64,000 nt of DNA from Microbacteriaceae bacterium. Its GTDB lineage: Bacteria; Actinomycetota; Actinomycetes; Actinomycetales; Microbacteriaceae. The stretch is from the NCBI GenBank assembly GCA_009780695.1, contig WQZN01000011.1, forward strand, positions 18,456 through 82,455. The letters are read 5' to 3'. Below, piece by piece: positions 1-10,831 of the stretch (positions within the stretch are counted from its first letter, which is position 1; the number at the start of each line of letters is the position of its first letter). The notes under the pieces are model-generated. The model was not told the origin of the DNA. It ran no database searches and saw only the letters and a list, made by a program, of their open reading frames with translations. A program made the position numbers and the translations under genes.

Positions 1-1399
1 GCTCGACGTGCGTCCACTGCGCCTTGCGGCCCGTCGTGATGTCGATGATCGACTTCACATAGACGAGGTCGAGGAACGCGGCGAAGAACAGCTCGGGGAA
101 GAGCGTCACCGCGAGCAGCCGCGCGCGCCAGCCGCCCTTCCAGACGGTCACGACGCGCTCGAGCATGAACACGAGGCCGATGCCGAGCCAGAACGGGAAC
201 CAGATCCACCGGTCGGCCGCGACGATCAGCACGAACATCGCGGCGAAGTACCCGAACAGCGCGACCACGCCGTAGCCGATGCCGATCTGCTGCGACCAGT
301 ACCGGAAGGTCTCGCGCGTCACCGAATAGGCGCCGATGTTCTCGAGCGCGCCGCGCTGCCACCGCATCCGCTGGTTCCACAGCGTCTTCCACGACGGCAT
401 GAGCTCGGTCACGACCGTGCACCCGGCGGGCGAGATCATGAGCGCGCCGAGGGACTTGAGGGCGATCGTCAGCTCGTTGTCCTCGGTGAGCGCGAGCGTG
501 TCGTAGACGTCTCCGGTGATGCCGGGGATCCGCGTGCCGCGCGACTCGGCGACGGTGCGCAGCGCCCGCGGCCGGAACAGCGAGGCCGTGCCGGTGAGCA
601 CGAAGACCTGGCCGCGGCGGCGCTTCAGGTCGCGCGAATAGCGCACGTACTCGTTGCGCTGGCACTGGCCGATCAGGCCGTGCCCCTCTTCGCCGTAGAA
701 CAGGCCGCCGACGGCCATGAGCCCGCGGTCCTCCGTGAAGCGGCGCTCGGCCTCGGCGAGGAAGCCGTCGTCGAGCTCGGTGTCGGCGTCCATGATCATC
801 AGGGTGTCGTTGTCGCCCTGGCCCGGCAGCACCCGCTTCAGCACCTGGTTGAGGCCGCCCGCCTTCTTCTTGTCGTTGTCGACGGTGACGAACACCTCGG
901 CGCCGCCCTCGACGGCCAGCTCGGGGGTGCGGTCGGTGCAGTTGTCGGCGACGACGATGATGCGGTCGGGCGGCCGAGACTGGGTCCACAGCGACCGCAG
1001 CGTGCCGGGCAGCGACGCCTCCTCGTTGTGCGCGGGCACCAGCACCGTGATGGTCACCGGGCCCGCGTAGACGCCGCGCGTCTCACCCATCACCACACGC
1101 GGCGAGAGCGGCAGGTGCTTCGCATCGAGCGAACGGCGATCGCGGGATGCCGTGCGGAACTCGACCAGCGCGACGGCCGCAGCGATGAGCAGGATCGCCG
1201 CCACCCCGAGCAGCAGCAGCCACGGCGTCGGCACGGTGCTGTTGAACAGGAAGTGCCAGGTGTTGAAGAGGATGCCCTCCTGCGGCGGCGCGAGACGCAG
1301 CCGCTGCATCGACACCGCGAGCCAGATCAGACCGCCGGCCACCGCCACGATGACGAGCACGACGATCCCGATCCAGCGCTGCAACCCCCACCGACCCAT
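1..1399 (-). CDS. Processive GT2 glycosyltransferase (PgaC/cellulose-synthase-like), runs off the window edge
   Basis: Absent from the ORF track; read manually. Two N-terminal TM segments, VLVPAHNEE, VVADNCTD, LTEDNE and QRMRW motifs. ATG 1399 lies 7 nt after TAGCAT (-10-like). Confidence 0.85.
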   Translation of the reverse strand, partial: MGRWGLQRWIGIVVLVIVAVAGGLIWLAVSMQRLRLAPPQEGILFNTWHFLFNSTVPTPWLLLLGVAAILLIAAAVALVEFRTASRDRRSLDAKHLPLSPRVVMGETRGVYAGPVTITVLVPAHNEEASLPGTLRSLWTQSRPPDRIIVVADNCTDRTPELAVEGGAEVFVTVDNDKKKAGGLNQVLKRVLPGQGDNDTLMIMDADTELDDGFLAEAERRFTEDRGLMAVGGLFYGEEGHGLIGQCQRNEYVRYSRDLKRRRGQVFVLTGTASLFRPRALRTVAESRGTRIPGITGDVYDTLALTEDNELTIALKSLGALMISPAGCTVVTELMPSWKTLWNQRMRWQRGALENIGAYSVTRETFRYWSQQIGIGYGVVALFGYFAAMFVLIVAADRWIWFPFWLGIGLVFMLERVVTVWKGGWRARLLAVTLFPELFFAAFLDLVYVKSIIDITTGRKAQWTHVE

Positions 1400-1431
1400 G
1401 CCCCACATGCTAGGTGGCGCGGGGCCGCGGA

Positions 1432-2511
1432 TCACTCCCCCGATTGCGGCGATGCGGGCGGCGCGGTCGAGCCGCGCACCTTGAGCTCGGTCGCCATGTC
1501 GATGCGCAGGTTCTCCTGCTCGCCGTAGTCCCGCTGGTGCAGCACGAGGTACATGGCCTGCTCGGCCATGTCGGCCGTCGGCTGGCGCACGGTCGTGAGC
1601 GGCGGCCCGACCCACGTGGCGACCGGCAGGTCGTCGTAGCCGACGACCGACAGCTCGTCGGGGATCGAGACGCCGAGCGACCGCGCCGCCTCGTAGACGC
1701 CGAGCGCCTGCAGGTCGCTCAACGCGAAGATCGCGCTCGGCGGCTCGGGCAGCGACAGCAGCTCGATGCCCGCGAAGATCCCCGCCTCGCGGCGGAACTC
1801 GCCCGTGACGACGTACGGGTCGGGCAGCTCGACGCCGGCGGCCTCGAGCGCCGAGCGGAAGCCCGAGAGCCGCGCCCGGGCCATGAGCATGTCCTCGGGG
1901 CCGGCGACGACGCCGATGCGCCGGTGCCCCAGGTCCAGCAGGTGCCGGGCGGCCTGCATGCCGCCCGACCAGTTCTGCGCGCCGACGGAGGGCACGTCCG
2001 GCGGCGGGTCGCCCGCGGGGTCGATGATCACGAACGGGATGTTGCGCACCCGCAGCTGCCGCCGCGACTCCTCGGGCAGGCCCGAGATGACGAGCACGAC
2101 GCCGGCGGGGCGCCGCTCCAGTGCGGCGTCGATCCAGTCGGCGCCCGGCTGGTTCCGGTCGCCGCTCTCGGTGACGACGATCGAGAGGCCGTTGGCCCGC
2201 GCGACGCGCTCGACGCCGCGGATCACCTCGAGACTCCACTCGGTGCCGAGCTCGCCGAACACGAGCTCGACGAGCGTCGAGACGTGCGCGGTGCCGCGGC
2301 GCAGATAGCCGTTCTCCTGCAGCAGCGCCTCGACGCGCGCACGCGTCTCCTCGCCGACTCCCCCGCGCCCGTTCAGCACCTTCGAGACCGTGGAGAGCGA
2401 GACGGATGCCTGATCGGCGATCACCTGCAGCGTCGCCCGTTCACCGCCGCCGCCCGTCGGGCCGGGCGCCACGCGGGCGCCCGGCTCGGCGGCATCCTCA
2501 GCAGGGCTCAC
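1432..2511 (-). CDS. LacI-family regulator (BxlR-like)
   Basis: HTH ATLQVIADQASVSLSTVSKVLNG; C-terminal SVVGYDD...PPLTTVRQP. Start re-assigned to GTG 2511. Confidence 0.9.
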   Translation of the reverse strand: MSPAEDAAEPGARVAPGPTGGGGERATLQVIADQASVSLSTVSKVLNGRGGVGEETRARVEALLQENGYLRRGTAHVSTLVELVFGELGTEWSLEVIRGVERVARANGLSIVVTESGDRNQPGADWIDAALERRPAGVVLVISGLPEESRRQLRVRNIPFVIIDPAGDPPPDVPSVGAQNWSGGMQAARHLLDLGHRRIGVVAGPEDMLMARARLSGFRSALEAAGVELPDPYVVTGEFRREAGIFAGIELLSLPEPPSAIFALSDLQALGVYEAARSLGVSIPDELSVVGYDDLPVATWVGPPLTTVRQPTADMAEQAMYLVLHQRDYGEQENLRIDMATELKVRGSTAPPASPQSGE

Positions 2512-2518
2512 ACAGCCC

Positions 2519-3622
2519 TCACGGGGTGTCGGACAGCGGCACCGCGGCGGGTCGCGGCGCCGTGCTCGTGACAGCGACGACCTGGCCGGACTCGGCCGAG
2601 GCCATGATCGACTCCATGACGTCGAGCACGTGGAACGCGAGCTCGGCGGACGCGCGGTGCGGCACACCCGCGGCGATCGCAGCCGCCATGTCGGCGAGGC
2701 CGTAGCCACGGCCCGAGCTGCGGTAGCCCGCGGAGTCCTCGACGGGCGCCCAGTCGTCCGCCCCGGCGAGGAACACCTCGGCGACGCTGTTGAAGTTGTT
2801 CGGGTCCGGCACGGCGAGCGTGCCCTGCGAGCCGTACACCTCGAACAGCGGCGCGCGTGTCTTCCACACCTCGAAGCTGATCGTGACGGTCGTCGAGATG
2901 CCCGACTCGTGGGTCAGCAGCGCGGTGATGTGCGTGTCGATGTCGACGGGCAGCACCTGGCCCGCGTTCGGGCCCTGCGCGATGACGCGCTCGCGCGAGG
3001 AACGGCGCGCGGAGCCCGAGACCGAGACGATCGGCCCGAGCAGGTGCACGAGAGCCGACAGGTAGTACGGCCCCATGTCGTAGAGGGGGCCGCCGCCGGG
3101 CTGGTAGTAGAAGGCGGGGGCGGGATGCCAGCGCTCGTGCCCCGGAGCCGACCAGTGCACCGCGGCGCCCAGCACCTCGCCGAGCGTGCCGTCGTCGATG
3201 ACGCGGCGGGCGGTCTGCACGCCGGTGCCGAGCACGGTGTCGGGGGCGCTGCCGACCCGCAGGCCGTTCTTCTGCGCCTCGAGCAGCGGCCGCGCCTCGG
3301 CCGTCGAGAGCCCGAGCGGCTTCTCGGCGAACACGTGCTTGCCCGCGGCGAGCGCGCGCAGGCCGACCTCGACGTGCGCGGCGGGGATCGTCAGGTTGAT
3401 CACCGCCTCGATGTCGGGGGATGCCAGCAGCTCGTCGACCGAGAGCGAGATCACACCCTGCTCCGCCGCGACCTCGGCCGCGCGCGCCTCGTTGAGATCG
3501 GCGACCGCGACGAGTTTCAGGTTGCCGAGCCCCGGCAGGCTGTCGAAGTACTGCTTCGAGATGACGCCGACGCCGATGACGCCGACGCGCATCGGTGCCG
3601 CCTGGTCAGTGGCCGCGCTCAC
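2519..3622 (-). CDS. Gfo/Idh/MocA oxidoreductase
   Basis: RVGVIGVGVIS Rossmann motif, KHVFAEKP, GGPLYDMGPY. GTG start overlaps the upstream TGA. Confidence 0.9.
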   Translation of the reverse strand: MSAATDQAAPMRVGVIGVGVISKQYFDSLPGLGNLKLVAVADLNEARAAEVAAEQGVISLSVDELLASPDIEAVINLTIPAAHVEVGLRALAAGKHVFAEKPLGLSTAEARPLLEAQKNGLRVGSAPDTVLGTGVQTARRVIDDGTLGEVLGAAVHWSAPGHERWHPAPAFYYQPGGGPLYDMGPYYLSALVHLLGPIVSVSGSARRSSRERVIAQGPNAGQVLPVDIDTHITALLTHESGISTTVTISFEVWKTRAPLFEVYGSQGTLAVPDPNNFNSVAEVFLAGADDWAPVEDSAGYRSSGRGYGLADMAAAIAAGVPHRASAELAFHVLDVMESIMASAESGQVVAVTSTAPRPAAVPLSDTP

Positions 3623-4335
3623 TCGGCGACCGCCTCGGCGCCGCGCGCGGCCCACAGCAGGCCGCGCTCGATGATGGTGCGCACGTTCGGGTCCTGCGTC
3701 ACCTCGAGCTTGTGCCCGGGCGCGGAGACGAAGATGCGGCCCTTGCCCCACTGGCGCGTCCAGATCGCGGGCGCGGTGACCGGGCGGTTCCAGGCATCCC
3801 ACGGCCGCACGGCCTGCGTCGTCGTGGCCAGCACGTCGTTGTACTCGTCGGACAGCACCCAGTACTGCTCGGTGTGCAGCTCGAAGTCCTCGATGCCCGC
3901 CATGATCGGGTGCGTCGCGCCGTACTCGGTGACGTTGACCGTGTAGGTCAGGTAGTTGTCGGCCTGCTCGCCGCGGCGCAGCGCCGGGTCGATGCCCGCG
4001 TGGTGCGCGAACTGGCCGCCGATCATGTGCAGGTAGTCGGCGTTGTCGCGGTACGAGTCGGCGATGCCGCCGTGCCACCCCGCGAGGCCCGTGCCGTTCA
4101 GCACGGCCCGGCGCAGGCCGGCGAACTCGCCGCGCTCGATCGAGTTCATCGTGTTGATCTGCACGATCAGGTCGACGGTGTCGAGGTAGTCGAAGTCCGT
4201 GTAGATCCCCGTGCCCTCTGAGACGCGCACGCGGAAGCCGTGCTCTTCGAGGAACGGGATGAACGAGTCGGTGGTCTCGACGGGCTCGTGGCCGTCCCAG
4301 CCGCCGCGGACGATGAGCGCATTGCGCTGCGTCAT
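3619..4335 (-). CDS. ThuA-like domain protein
   Basis: ALIVRGGWDGHEP, GLAGWHGG, GGQFAHH, EQYW, WGKGRIFVSAPGH. Confidence 0.85.
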   Translation of the reverse strand: MTQRNALIVRGGWDGHEPVETTDSFIPFLEEHGFRVRVSEGTGIYTDFDYLDTVDLIVQINTMNSIERGEFAGLRRAVLNGTGLAGWHGGIADSYRDNADYLHMIGGQFAHHAGIDPALRRGEQADNYLTYTVNVTEYGATHPIMAGIEDFELHTEQYWVLSDEYNDVLATTTQAVRPWDAWNRPVTAPAIWTRQWGKGRIFVSAPGHKLEVTQDPNVRTIIERGLLWAARGAEAVAE

Positions 4336-4370
4336 TGCTTCTTCTCTCTGGTTGCGTATGTCGTTCGGTG

Positions 4371-5375
4371 TCAGTTCTTCGTGCTGAACGCGGCGTCGAA
4401 GGCGGTGGCGGATGCCTCGAGCGCATGCTCGCGCACGAACGCCAGCGCCTCGGGCGCGCCCTTCAGACGGTCCATGCCGGCGTCCTCCCACTCGACCGAG
4501 AGCGGGCCCTCGTAGCCGATCGCGTTGAGCATGCGGAAGGCGTCCTCCCACGGCACGTCGCCGTGGCCGGTGTTGATGAAGTCCCAGCCGCGGCGCGGGT
4601 CGGCCCACGCGAGGTGCGACGACAGGCGGCCGTTGCGGCCGTTGAGTCGCTTCTTCGTGTCCTTGCAGTGCACGTGGAAGATGCGGTCCTGGAAGTCCCA
4701 CAGGAAGCCGACCGGGTCGAGGTCCTGCCACACCATGTGCGACGGGTCCCAGTTCAGCCCGAAGGACTCGCGGTGGCCGATGGCCTCGAGCGTCGCCTTG
4801 GTCGTCCAGTAGTCGTAGGCGATCTCGCTGGGGTGCGGCTCGAGGGCGAACTTCACGCCGACCTCGTCGAAGACGTCCATGATGGGGTTCCACCTGTCGG
4901 CGAAGTCCTGGTAGCCGGCATCCACCATCGCCTGCGAGGCCGGCGGGAACATCGCAACGTACTTCCAGATCGACGAGCCCGTGAAGCCGGTCACGACCTT
5001 CGCGCCGAGGCGGGCCGCGGCGCGCGCCGTGTTCTTCATCTCCTCGGCGGCGCGCTGCCGCACGCCCTCGGGGTCGCCGTCGCCCCACACCGAGTCGGGC
5101 AGGATGTCGCGGTGCCGCTGGTCGATCGGGTCGTCGCAGACGGCCTGGCCCTTGAGGTGGTTCGAGATCGCGAAGACCTCGAGGCCGTTCTTCTCGAGGA
5201 TCGCGAGCCTGTCGGCGACGTAGTCGTCGTCGACGGCCGCGCGGTTCGGGTCGAGGTGGTCGCCCCACGAGGCGATCTCGAGCCCGTCGTAGCCCCACTC
5301 GCCCGCGAGGCGCGCGACCTCTTCGAAGGGCAGGTCGGCCCACTGGCCGGTGAAGAGAGTGATCGGTCGTGCCAT
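4371..5375 (-). CDS. Sugar phosphate isomerase/epimerase (AP-endonuclease-2 TIM barrel, IolE-like)
   Basis: GYDGLEI, FALEPHP, NWDPSH, HVHCKD, LSVEWED metal-binding motifs. Confidence 0.9.
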   Translation of the reverse strand: MARPITLFTGQWADLPFEEVARLAGEWGYDGLEIASWGDHLDPNRAAVDDDYVADRLAILEKNGLEVFAISNHLKGQAVCDDPIDQRHRDILPDSVWGDGDPEGVRQRAAEEMKNTARAAARLGAKVVTGFTGSSIWKYVAMFPPASQAMVDAGYQDFADRWNPIMDVFDEVGVKFALEPHPSEIAYDYWTTKATLEAIGHRESFGLNWDPSHMVWQDLDPVGFLWDFQDRIFHVHCKDTKKRLNGRNGRLSSHLAWADPRRGWDFINTGHGDVPWEDAFRMLNAIGYEGPLSVEWEDAGMDRLKGAPEALAFVREHALEASATAFDAAFSTKN

Positions 5376-5438
5376 TGCGCGCTCCTTTGCGTTCGTCGGT
5401 GACGGATGATTTCGACGGGCTCGATCCAGCGGCCCGGG

Positions 5439-6611
5439 CTAGGCGACCGGCGTGAACACGCCGTTGGCGCCCGCGGAGCGCTCCACGGCCGCGAGCACCT
5501 GCTGCACGCGCAGACCGTCGTCGAACGACGGCAGCGGCTGGCGCCCCTCGGCGATGTCGAACACGAGGTCGCGCACCTGGTGCGAGAACGCGTGCTCGTA
5601 GCCGAGGCCGTGGCCGGTCGGCCACCAGTTGGCCGTGTAGGGGTGCTCGGGCTCGGTGACGAAGATGCGGCGGAAGCCCTGCTCGCCCGCGGCGTCGGTG
5701 CCGTCGTAGAACTCGAGCTCGTTGAGCTTCTCGAGGTCGAAGACGATCGCGCCCTTCGAGCCGAAGATCTCGATCTTGAGGCCGTTCTTGCGGCCGGTCG
5801 CGTAGCGCGAGGCCTCGAACGAGACGACGGCCCCGCCCGAGAGCAGGCCGGTGAACCACGCGGCGTCGTCGACCGTGACCTCGCCCATCTCGTCGGACGC
5901 CGTGCCCGAGAGCCCGACGGTCTCGCCGAGCAGCGGGCGCTGCTTCACGAAGGTCGTCATGTGGCCCGAGACCTGCTCGACGGTCTGACCGGTGATGAAC
6001 TGCACCGAGTCGACCGCGTGCGCGCCGATGTCGCCGAGCGAGCCCGAGCCCGCGAGCTTCTTGTCGAGGCGCCACGTCATGGGGCCGTTCTCGTCGACGA
6101 GCCAGTCCTGCAGGTACGCGGCGCGCGCCTGGCGCACCTCGCCGATGCGGCCCGACTGCACGAGGTCGCGCGCGAAGGTGAGCGCGGGCACGCGGCGGTA
6201 GGAGAACCCGACCATCGAGCGGATGCCGTGCTCGGCGGCCTCGCGTGCGGCATCCGCCATCTCGCGCGCCTCGTCGACGGTGTTCGCGAGCGGCTTCTCG
6301 CACAGCACGTGCTTGCCCGCCTTGAGCGCCGCGATCGCGATCTCGGCGTGGGTCTCGCCCGAGGTGCAGACGTCGACCAGGTCGATGTCGTCGCGCGCGA
6401 TGACCGCGCGCCAGTCGGTGGACGCCTCGTTCCAGCCGTACTTCTCGGCGGCGGCCTGCGTCTTGGCGGCATCGCGCCCGACGATGACCGACATGACCGG
6501 GGTGAGGGGCAGGTCGAAGAAACGGTGCGCGACGCGGAAGGCCTGGCTGTGGGCGGCGCCCATGAAGCCGGTGCCGATCATGGCGACGCGAAGGGGCTGT
6601 GCAGTTGACAC
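5439..6611 (-). CDS. Gfo/Idh/MocA oxidoreductase
   Basis: [27 protein letters not shown]; AAGGAG RBS upstream of the GTG. Confidence 0.9.
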   Translation of the reverse strand: MSTAQPLRVAMIGTGFMGAAHSQAFRVAHRFFDLPLTPVMSVIVGRDAAKTQAAAEKYGWNEASTDWRAVIARDDIDLVDVCTSGETHAEIAIAALKAGKHVLCEKPLANTVDEAREMADAAREAAEHGIRSMVGFSYRRVPALTFARDLVQSGRIGEVRQARAAYLQDWLVDENGPMTWRLDKKLAGSGSLGDIGAHAVDSVQFITGQTVEQVSGHMTTFVKQRPLLGETVGLSGTASDEMGEVTVDDAAWFTGLLSGGAVVSFEASRYATGRKNGLKIEIFGSKGAIVFDLEKLNELEFYDGTDAAGEQGFRRIFVTEPEHPYTANWWPTGHGLGYEHAFSHQVRDLVFDIAEGRQPLPSFDDGLRVQQVLAAVERSAGANGVFTPVA

Positions 6612-6635
6612 GCTAGTGACTCCTTTGTCTCGAGA

Positions 6636-6670
6636 GAAAGCTATCGCATTTCGTCACGATAGTTTCGTGA
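6636..6670. promoter_or_regulatory. Putative LacI/BxlR-type operator(s)
   Basis: Palindrome TCACGA-TAGTT-TCGTGA (6654-6670) plus a partial copy GAAAGCTATCG upstream of the Gfo operon. Confidence 0.5.
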
Positions 6671-6766
6671 ATTTCTGGGGGCGGGATGCCGCCGAGACGG
6701 GTACTGCCATGACCCGTTTGAGCCCACCCCTGGCTGCCCCGCTGCGCACCGCATGGAATGGACGGC

Positions 6767-8047
6767 ATGAGCAGCAGCACCGCCCGCCCCCGCGTCGGTC
6801 TCGCGCTGTCCATGACCCTCATGGTCCTGGCGGTGTTCGGGCCGATCTCGATGGATCTCTACCTGCCCGCCCTGCCGGCCCTGACGCGCGAGCTCGGCGC
6901 CTCGACCTCGGTCGCCCAGTTCACGATCACCGCATGCCTCGTCGGGCTCGCGGCGGGCCAGATCATCGCCGGCCCGCTCTCCGACCGCTTCGGCCGCCGC
7001 GTGCCGCTGCTCATCGGCGTCGCCGCGTTCGCCGGCGCCTCGCTGCTGTGCGCGATCAGCCCGACGGTCGAGACGCTGATCCTCGCCCGGTTCGTGCAGG
7101 GCCTCGCCGGCGCCGTCGGCATCGTCATCTCGCAGGCGGCCGGGCGCGACGTCTACGACGGCGGCGCGCTCATCCGCTACTACGGGCGCCTCACGGTCAT
7201 CGCGGGCCTCGCCGCGATCGTCGGCCCGGTGATCGGCGGCCAGCTCGTGCGCGTCACCGACTGGCGCGGACTGTTCGTCTTCCTCTCGGCCGTCGGGGCG
7301 GCCCTGCTGGCCCTCGTGCTCGTGGTGTTCCGCGAGACGCTGCCCGCCGAGCGCCGCGCGAGCGGCGGCGCGCGCGACACCGGCCGGGCCTTCCGCAGCC
7401 TGCTGACCGACCGGCAGTTCGTCTGCGCCGTGCTGATCACGGGCTTCACCTTCGCGGCGATCTTCGCCTACCTCGCGGGCGCGACCTACATCCTGCAGGG
7501 GGTCTACGGGCTGTCGCCGCAGGGCTATTCGGCGGCCTTCGGCCTCAACTCCGCGGGCGTCATGCTGTTCGGCTGGCTCGGTGCCCGCGCCGCCGAGCGC
7601 TGGTCGGTGCGCGGCACGCTCGTCGTGGGCCTCGTGGCCGCTGCCGCCGGGGCCGGCGGCCTGCTCGCCACCGGGCTGCTCCACCTGCCGCTGCCCGTCG
7701 TGATCTGCTCGCTGTTCCTGCTGGTCGCCGGGGGCGCCGGGCTCAGCTCGGCCCCGACGACATCGCTCGCCCTCGCCGACCACCCCGAGTTCGCGGGCAC
7801 GGCCTCGTCTCTGCTCGGCATGGCCCGCTACGCCTTCGGCGGCATCGCCGCGCCGCTCGTGGGGCTCGGCGGTGGATCCGCCACCCTGCCGCTCGGTATC
7901 GTCACGACATCCGCGCTCGTGCTCGCCATCGTCTTCTACCTCCCCATCCGCACTCGGATCCGCACCACAACCCGACAGAAGGAAGCCGCATGCTCACCGT
8001 CAACGCCTACGCCGCCGCCTCAGCCGACGCCCGACTGGAGCCGGTGA
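6767..8047 (+). CDS. Bcr/CflA-family MFS efflux transporter
   Basis: [29 protein letters not shown]; about 12 TM segments. Confidence 0.9.
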   Translation: MSSSTARPRVGLALSMTLMVLAVFGPISMDLYLPALPALTRELGASTSVAQFTITACLVGLAAGQIIAGPLSDRFGRRVPLLIGVAAFAGASLLCAISPTVETLILARFVQGLAGAVGIVISQAAGRDVYDGGALIRYYGRLTVIAGLAAIVGPVIGGQLVRVTDWRGLFVFLSAVGAALLALVLVVFRETLPAERRASGGARDTGRAFRSLLTDRQFVCAVLITGFTFAAIFAYLAGATYILQGVYGLSPQGYSAAFGLNSAGVMLFGWLGARAAERWSVRGTLVVGLVAAAAGAGGLLATGLLHLPLPVVICSLFLLVAGGAGLSSAPTTSLALADHPEFAGTASSLLGMARYAFGGIAAPLVGLGGGSATLPLGIVTTSALVLAIVFYLPIRTRIRTTTRQKEAACSPSTPTPPPQPTPDWSR

Positions 8048-9033
8048 CCATCACCCGCCGCGACCTCGGCCCGCACGACGTGCTGATCGCGATCGCCTAC
8101 GCGGGCGTCTGCCACTCCGACATCCACACCGTCCGCGAGGACTGGGGCCCCGTCACCCATCCGCTCGTCGTCGGCCACGAGATCGTGGGCATCGTCGCCG
8201 AGGTCGGCTCAGCGGTCACGAAGCACGCCGTCGGCGACCGGGTCGGCGTGGGATGCCTCGTCAATTCCTGCCGCACGTGCGAGAACTGCCTCGCCGGCGA
8301 GGAACAGTACTGCGTGAACGGCGCGACCGGCACCTACGGCAGCGTCGACGCCGACGGCACGATCACGCAGGGCGGCTACTCGACGCACGTCGTCGTCACC
8401 GAGGACTTCGTGCTGCGCGTGCCCGAGTCGCTCGACTACGCCGCGGTGGCGCCGCTGCTGTGCGCCGGCATCACGACCTACTCGCCGTTGCGCCACTGGA
8501 ACGCGGGCCCCGGCACGAAGGTCGCCGTCGTCGGCCTCGGCGGGCTCGGCCACATGGCCGTCAAGCTCGCGCACGCCATGGGCGCCGAGGTGACCGTGCT
8601 GTCGCGCTCGCTGTCGAAGCAGCCGGATGCCGCGGCCCTCGGCGCCGACCACTATTTCGCCACCGAGGACCCGCAGACCTTCGCGCAGCTCGCGAACTCG
8701 TTCGACCTCATCGTCAACACGGTCTCGGCGCCGCTCGACCTCGACGCGTACCTCGCGCTGCTGCGCCTCGACGGCACCATGGTCAACGTGGGCGCCCCGC
8801 CCCAGGCGCTGCCGATCCACGTGTTCACGCTGTTCGGCAACCGGCGCTCGTTCGCCGGCTCGAGCATCGGCGGCATCCGCGAGACGCAGGAGATGCTCGA
8901 CTTCTGCGCCGAGCACGGCATCGTGCCCGACACCGAGCTGATCGACGCGTCGTACCTCAACGAGGCGTGGGACAGGGTGCTGGCATCCGACGTGCGCTAC
9001 CGCTTCGTCGTCGACGCGGCGACGTTCGCGTAG
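7990..9033 (+). CDS. Zn/NADP-dependent alcohol dehydrogenase (cinnamyl-ADH-like)
   Basis: [43 protein letters not shown]; GAAGGAAG RBS. Confidence 0.93.
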   Translation: MLTVNAYAAASADARLEPVTITRRDLGPHDVLIAIAYAGVCHSDIHTVREDWGPVTHPLVVGHEIVGIVAEVGSAVTKHAVGDRVGVGCLVNSCRTCENCLAGEEQYCVNGATGTYGSVDADGTITQGGYSTHVVVTEDFVLRVPESLDYAAVAPLLCAGITTYSPLRHWNAGPGTKVAVVGLGGLGHMAVKLAHAMGAEVTVLSRSLSKQPDAAALGADHYFATEDPQTFAQLANSFDLIVNTVSAPLDLDAYLALLRLDGTMVNVGAPPQALPIHVFTLFGNRRSFAGSSIGGIRETQEMLDFCAEHGIVPDTELIDASYLNEAWDRVLASDVRYRFVVDAATFA

Positions 9034-9068
9034 CCGGCCGGGATGTCTGCGGGCTTAATGTGACCGGC

Positions 9069-9941
9069 ATGGACAATCGCACGGAGGTCCGCGAGTTCCT
9101 CATCACCCGACGGGCCCGGATCACGCCGGAACAGGCCGGCATCGAGCCCGTCGGGGGCCGCCGGCGCGTGCAGGGGCTGCGTCGCGACGAGGTGGCGCGC
9201 CTCGCCGGGGTGAGCGTCGACTACTACACGCGCCTCGAGCGCGGGAACCTCACCGGGGTCTCGGACAGCGTGCTCGACGCGATCGCGCGGGCCCTCGGGC
9301 TCGACCGCGCCGAGCACGACCACCTCTACGACCTCGCTCGCACGGCGAACCAGGGGGCGACCCCGAAGGCGAAGCCGCCGATCAGCCGCATCGAGCCGCC
9401 GCTGCAGCACCTGCTCGATGCGATCACCGCGGCGCCGGCGTTCGTCGTGAGCAACCGCGAGGACATCCTGGCGAGCAACGCGCTCGGCCGCGCCATGTAC
9501 AGCGAGCTGTTCGATGGCCCCGGCCCCGCCAACTACTCGCGATTCATCTTCCTGAACCCGCGCGCGCACGAGTTCTACGCCGACTGGGAACGCGCGGCCT
9601 CGACCAACGTCGCGGTGCTGCGCCGCCAGGCGGGGCGCTTCCCCGACGACCGGGGCCTCGCCGAGCTGATCGGCGAGCTCTCGATGCGCAGCGACGAGTT
9701 CCGCACCCGCTGGGCCGCGCACAACGTGCACCGGCACTTCACGGGCACCAAGCACTTCCGCCACCCGGTCGTCGGGCCACTCGAGCTGCAGTTCCTGCAG
9801 ATGGAGATCGACGAGGACACCGGCACCACCCTCACGGTGTACCCCGCGGTGCCCGGCAGCGAGACGGAGGAGGCGCTCAGGCTGCTCGCGTCGTGGGCGG
9901 CCACCGAGAGCTCGACCGACGACGTGCCGTCGCGCGCCTGA
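9069..9941 (+). CDS. XRE/MmyB-family transcriptional regulator
   Basis: EFLITRRARITPE, RRVQGLRRDEVA, VSVDYYTRLERG, HPVVG. Confidence 0.9.
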   Translation: MDNRTEVREFLITRRARITPEQAGIEPVGGRRRVQGLRRDEVARLAGVSVDYYTRLERGNLTGVSDSVLDAIARALGLDRAEHDHLYDLARTANQGATPKAKPPISRIEPPLQHLLDAITAAPAFVVSNREDILASNALGRAMYSELFDGPGPANYSRFIFLNPRAHEFYADWERAASTNVAVLRRQAGRFPDDRGLAELIGELSMRSDEFRTRWAAHNVHRHFTGTKHFRHPVVGPLELQFLQMEIDEDTGTTLTVYPAVPGSETEEALRLLASWAATESSTDDVPSRA

Positions 9942-9979
9942 GGCTGTCCCGCGGCGCGGCGCCCTGGCAGCATGAGGGC

Positions 9980-10831
9980 ATGACGCTTCCCGCCGACGCC
10001 CATGTGCACAGCGAGTGGTCGTGGGACACGGGCGGCCCGGCTTCGGCCGCCGCCGGGCGGATGCGGGCGACCTGCGCCCGCGCCGTCGCGATCGGGCTGC
10101 CCGCGCTGATCTTCACCGAGCACCTCGACTTCCCGCGCACGTGGCGTTCCTCGCCCGAGGCGCTGATGCCGCACCAGCGCGGCTTCATCGACCCCGACGG
10201 CCTCGTGGACCACCCGAGGTTCGACCCCGACGGCTACTTCGAGGCGATCGAGCGGATGCGGCGCGAGTTCCCCGGCCTGCGCATCCTCACCGGCCTCGAG
10301 TTCAGCAACCCGCCGCGCTGGGAGGCGGCCGCCCGCGAGCTCGTCGACTTGGGCCGCTTCGACCGCATCAACGGCTCGGTGCACATGCTCGACATCGGCC
10401 CCGCCCCCGCCGAACCGGGAACGCTCTACGGCGAGCTGCCGCCCGACGACGTCGTGCGTGCCTACCTTGCGGCGTTCCCCGTCATGGTCGACAGCGCGGC
10501 GCGCTTCGAGGTGGTCACGCACATCGACTACGCGGCCCGGCAGTGGCCGACCGCGACCGCCGGCCCCTTCGACCCGCGTCGCTTCGAGGGCGAGTTCCGC
10601 GCGGCGCTGCGTGCGATCGCCGAGAGCGGCCGCGCGCTCGAGCTCAACACGCGCCGGCTGTGGTCGTGGGTGCCGCAGTGGTGGGTCGAGGAAGGCGGCC
10701 GTGCGATCAGCTTCGGCAGCGACGCGCACCTGCCCGAGAAGCTCGCCGACAACTTCCCCGAGGCGGTGCTGCTGGCCGAGCACTTCGGCTTCCGCCCGGG
10801 CGCCGCGCCCGAGGCGCTCTGGGTCAGCTGA
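9980..10831 (+). CDS. PHP-domain phosphoesterase (HisJ-like)
   Basis: DAHVHS, FTEH, GLE, GSVH, LELNT, FGSDAH. Confidence 0.85.
   Translation: MTLPADAHVHSEWSWDTGGPASAAAGRMRATCARAVAIGLPALIFTEHLDFPRTWRSSPEALMPHQRGFIDPDGLVDHPRFDPDGYFEAIERMRREFPGLRILTGLEFSNPPRWEAAARELVDLGRFDRINGSVHMLDIGPAPAEPGTLYGELPPDDVVRAYLAAFPVMVDSAARFEVVTHIDYAARQWPTATAGPFDPRRFEGEFRAALRAIAESGRALELNTRRLWSWVPQWWVEEGGRAISFGSDAHLPEKLADNFPEAVLLAEHFGFRPGAAPEALWVS

Noticed and set aside
8-1528. Long antisense or alternative-frame ORFs (8..1528, 10458..12998, 12857..15349, 15621..18353, 18282..20528, 60750..62597 and others)
   Set aside because: Arg/Gly/Pro-rich shadow frames of clear genes in high-GC DNA, with no recognisable motifs.
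2519-9941. Apparent giant ORFs (635, 894, 936, 689 aa) suggesting fusions
   Set aside because: Artefacts of taking the most upstream start; the real genes begin at internal starts with RBS or stop/start overlaps.
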